Origin: Camelus ferus
Lineage: Eukaryota
Length of the DNA stretch: 64,000 nucleotides
Reading direction: 5' to 3'
Assembly (NCBI RefSeq): GCF_009834535.1
Contig: NC_045697.1
Span: 76,758,001 to 76,822,000 of the forward strand
Part shown: in pieces, positions 63,340 to 64,000 of the stretch
Position numbering within the stretch: position 1 is the stretch's first letter
Layout: each line of letters starts with the position of its first letter
Made by a program: the position numbers and the translations under genes
Notes under the pieces: model-generated
Seen by the model: only the letters and a program-made list of their open reading frames with translations
The model's database searches: none
Told to the model about the DNA's origin: nothing

Positions 63340-63497
63340 TTTTTTTTTAATTGAAATATAGTTGGTTTACAATGCTTCAGGTGTGGAGCAAAGTGATTCA
63401 GTTATGTATATATATTCTTTTTCAGATTCTTTTCTATCATAGGTTATTACAAGATATTGAATATAGTTCCCCATGCTATACAATAGATCCTTGTTGT
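63340..63497 (-). mobile_element. Short cetartiodactyl-type L1 3' end
   Basis: tttttaattgaaatatagttggtttacaat...aagatattgaatatagttccc, same family as 26506 and 35096. Confidence 0.88.
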
Positions 63498-64000
63498 AGG
63501 GTAATTTTTAAATTGGTCGAGTTTCTCCTCCTCATGAAGACAGGGTCAAAATTGCCTTTTAAACCTTCTCCTTCTTTCCAGTTATGTCATTGTTAAGTTC
63601 AGTTCTTGCTTGTGCCAAGCTTAGATGAAGCATTTCATGTTTACCCAAGAATTAATTGATATTTGTAAATTTTATAATTTGGGGGAAATGACCATATTTA
63701 TGAGATAATTGGAGACTCTCACAAGAACATACTGGGAAACTATTGCACTTAAACAGTAAAAGAAAGGGATATTCAAACCGAGGGGGGTGAAACATTTTCT
63801 GGGTTTTGTGTAGATGCTTTGTTTCCAGAAATGGAATTCTAGCATATATGGAGTTGTCTTTATTGCTGTTTTCAATATTTAAATAATAAATATAGTAGAA
63901 TATTCAGTAGAAACTGGTCAAGACTACAAATAGCCAGTGTTGCAGTTCATTGACTTTAATGAGGTCTGATGTTGCACAGTTGTTATTTCTATCATTCTTC

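Noticed and set aside
1..64000. Remaining ORF-track entries; prokaryotic systems such as CRISPR arrays or operons
   Set aside because: Short ORFs fall in repeats or AT-rich intron with no recognisable protein; no repeat-spacer arrays; the sequence is clearly mammalian intron.

Overview
Mammalian genomic DNA, AT-rich and repeat-rich. It is most likely a camelid, judged from a vic-1-like tRNA-Ala SINE plus cetartiodactyl-type L1 tails and a Tigger1 deletion derivative. The whole window lies inside COL25A1 (collagen XXV/CLAC-P) on the minus strand. Five tiny coding exons (45, 8, 18, 27, 27 nt), all with AG/GT boundaries, splice in frame to (G)PPGKRGKRGRRGES-GPP-GQPGLQ-GPPGPKGDK-GEQGDQGPR, separated by introns of 2,020, 27,030, 19,371 and 144 nt. 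The rest is intron filled with L1, L2, MIR, LTR and DNA-transposon relics. The least expected items are: (1) a decayed, intronless MIA3/TANGO1 retrocopy on the + strand (~57.1-58.7 kb), abutting an L1 ORF1 relic and not apparent from the ORF track; (2) a diverged ~150-bp inverted repeat pair 1.55 kb apart, one arm of which has the anatomy of a 21-nt stop-containing microexon; (3) splicing signals around the microexons, including an in-frame internal donor, a branch-point hairpin and a recursive-splice-like motif; (4) a CpG-rich patch inside ancient repeats. Gene and repeat identities rest on remembered sequences, not database searches, and most repeat boundaries are approximate.
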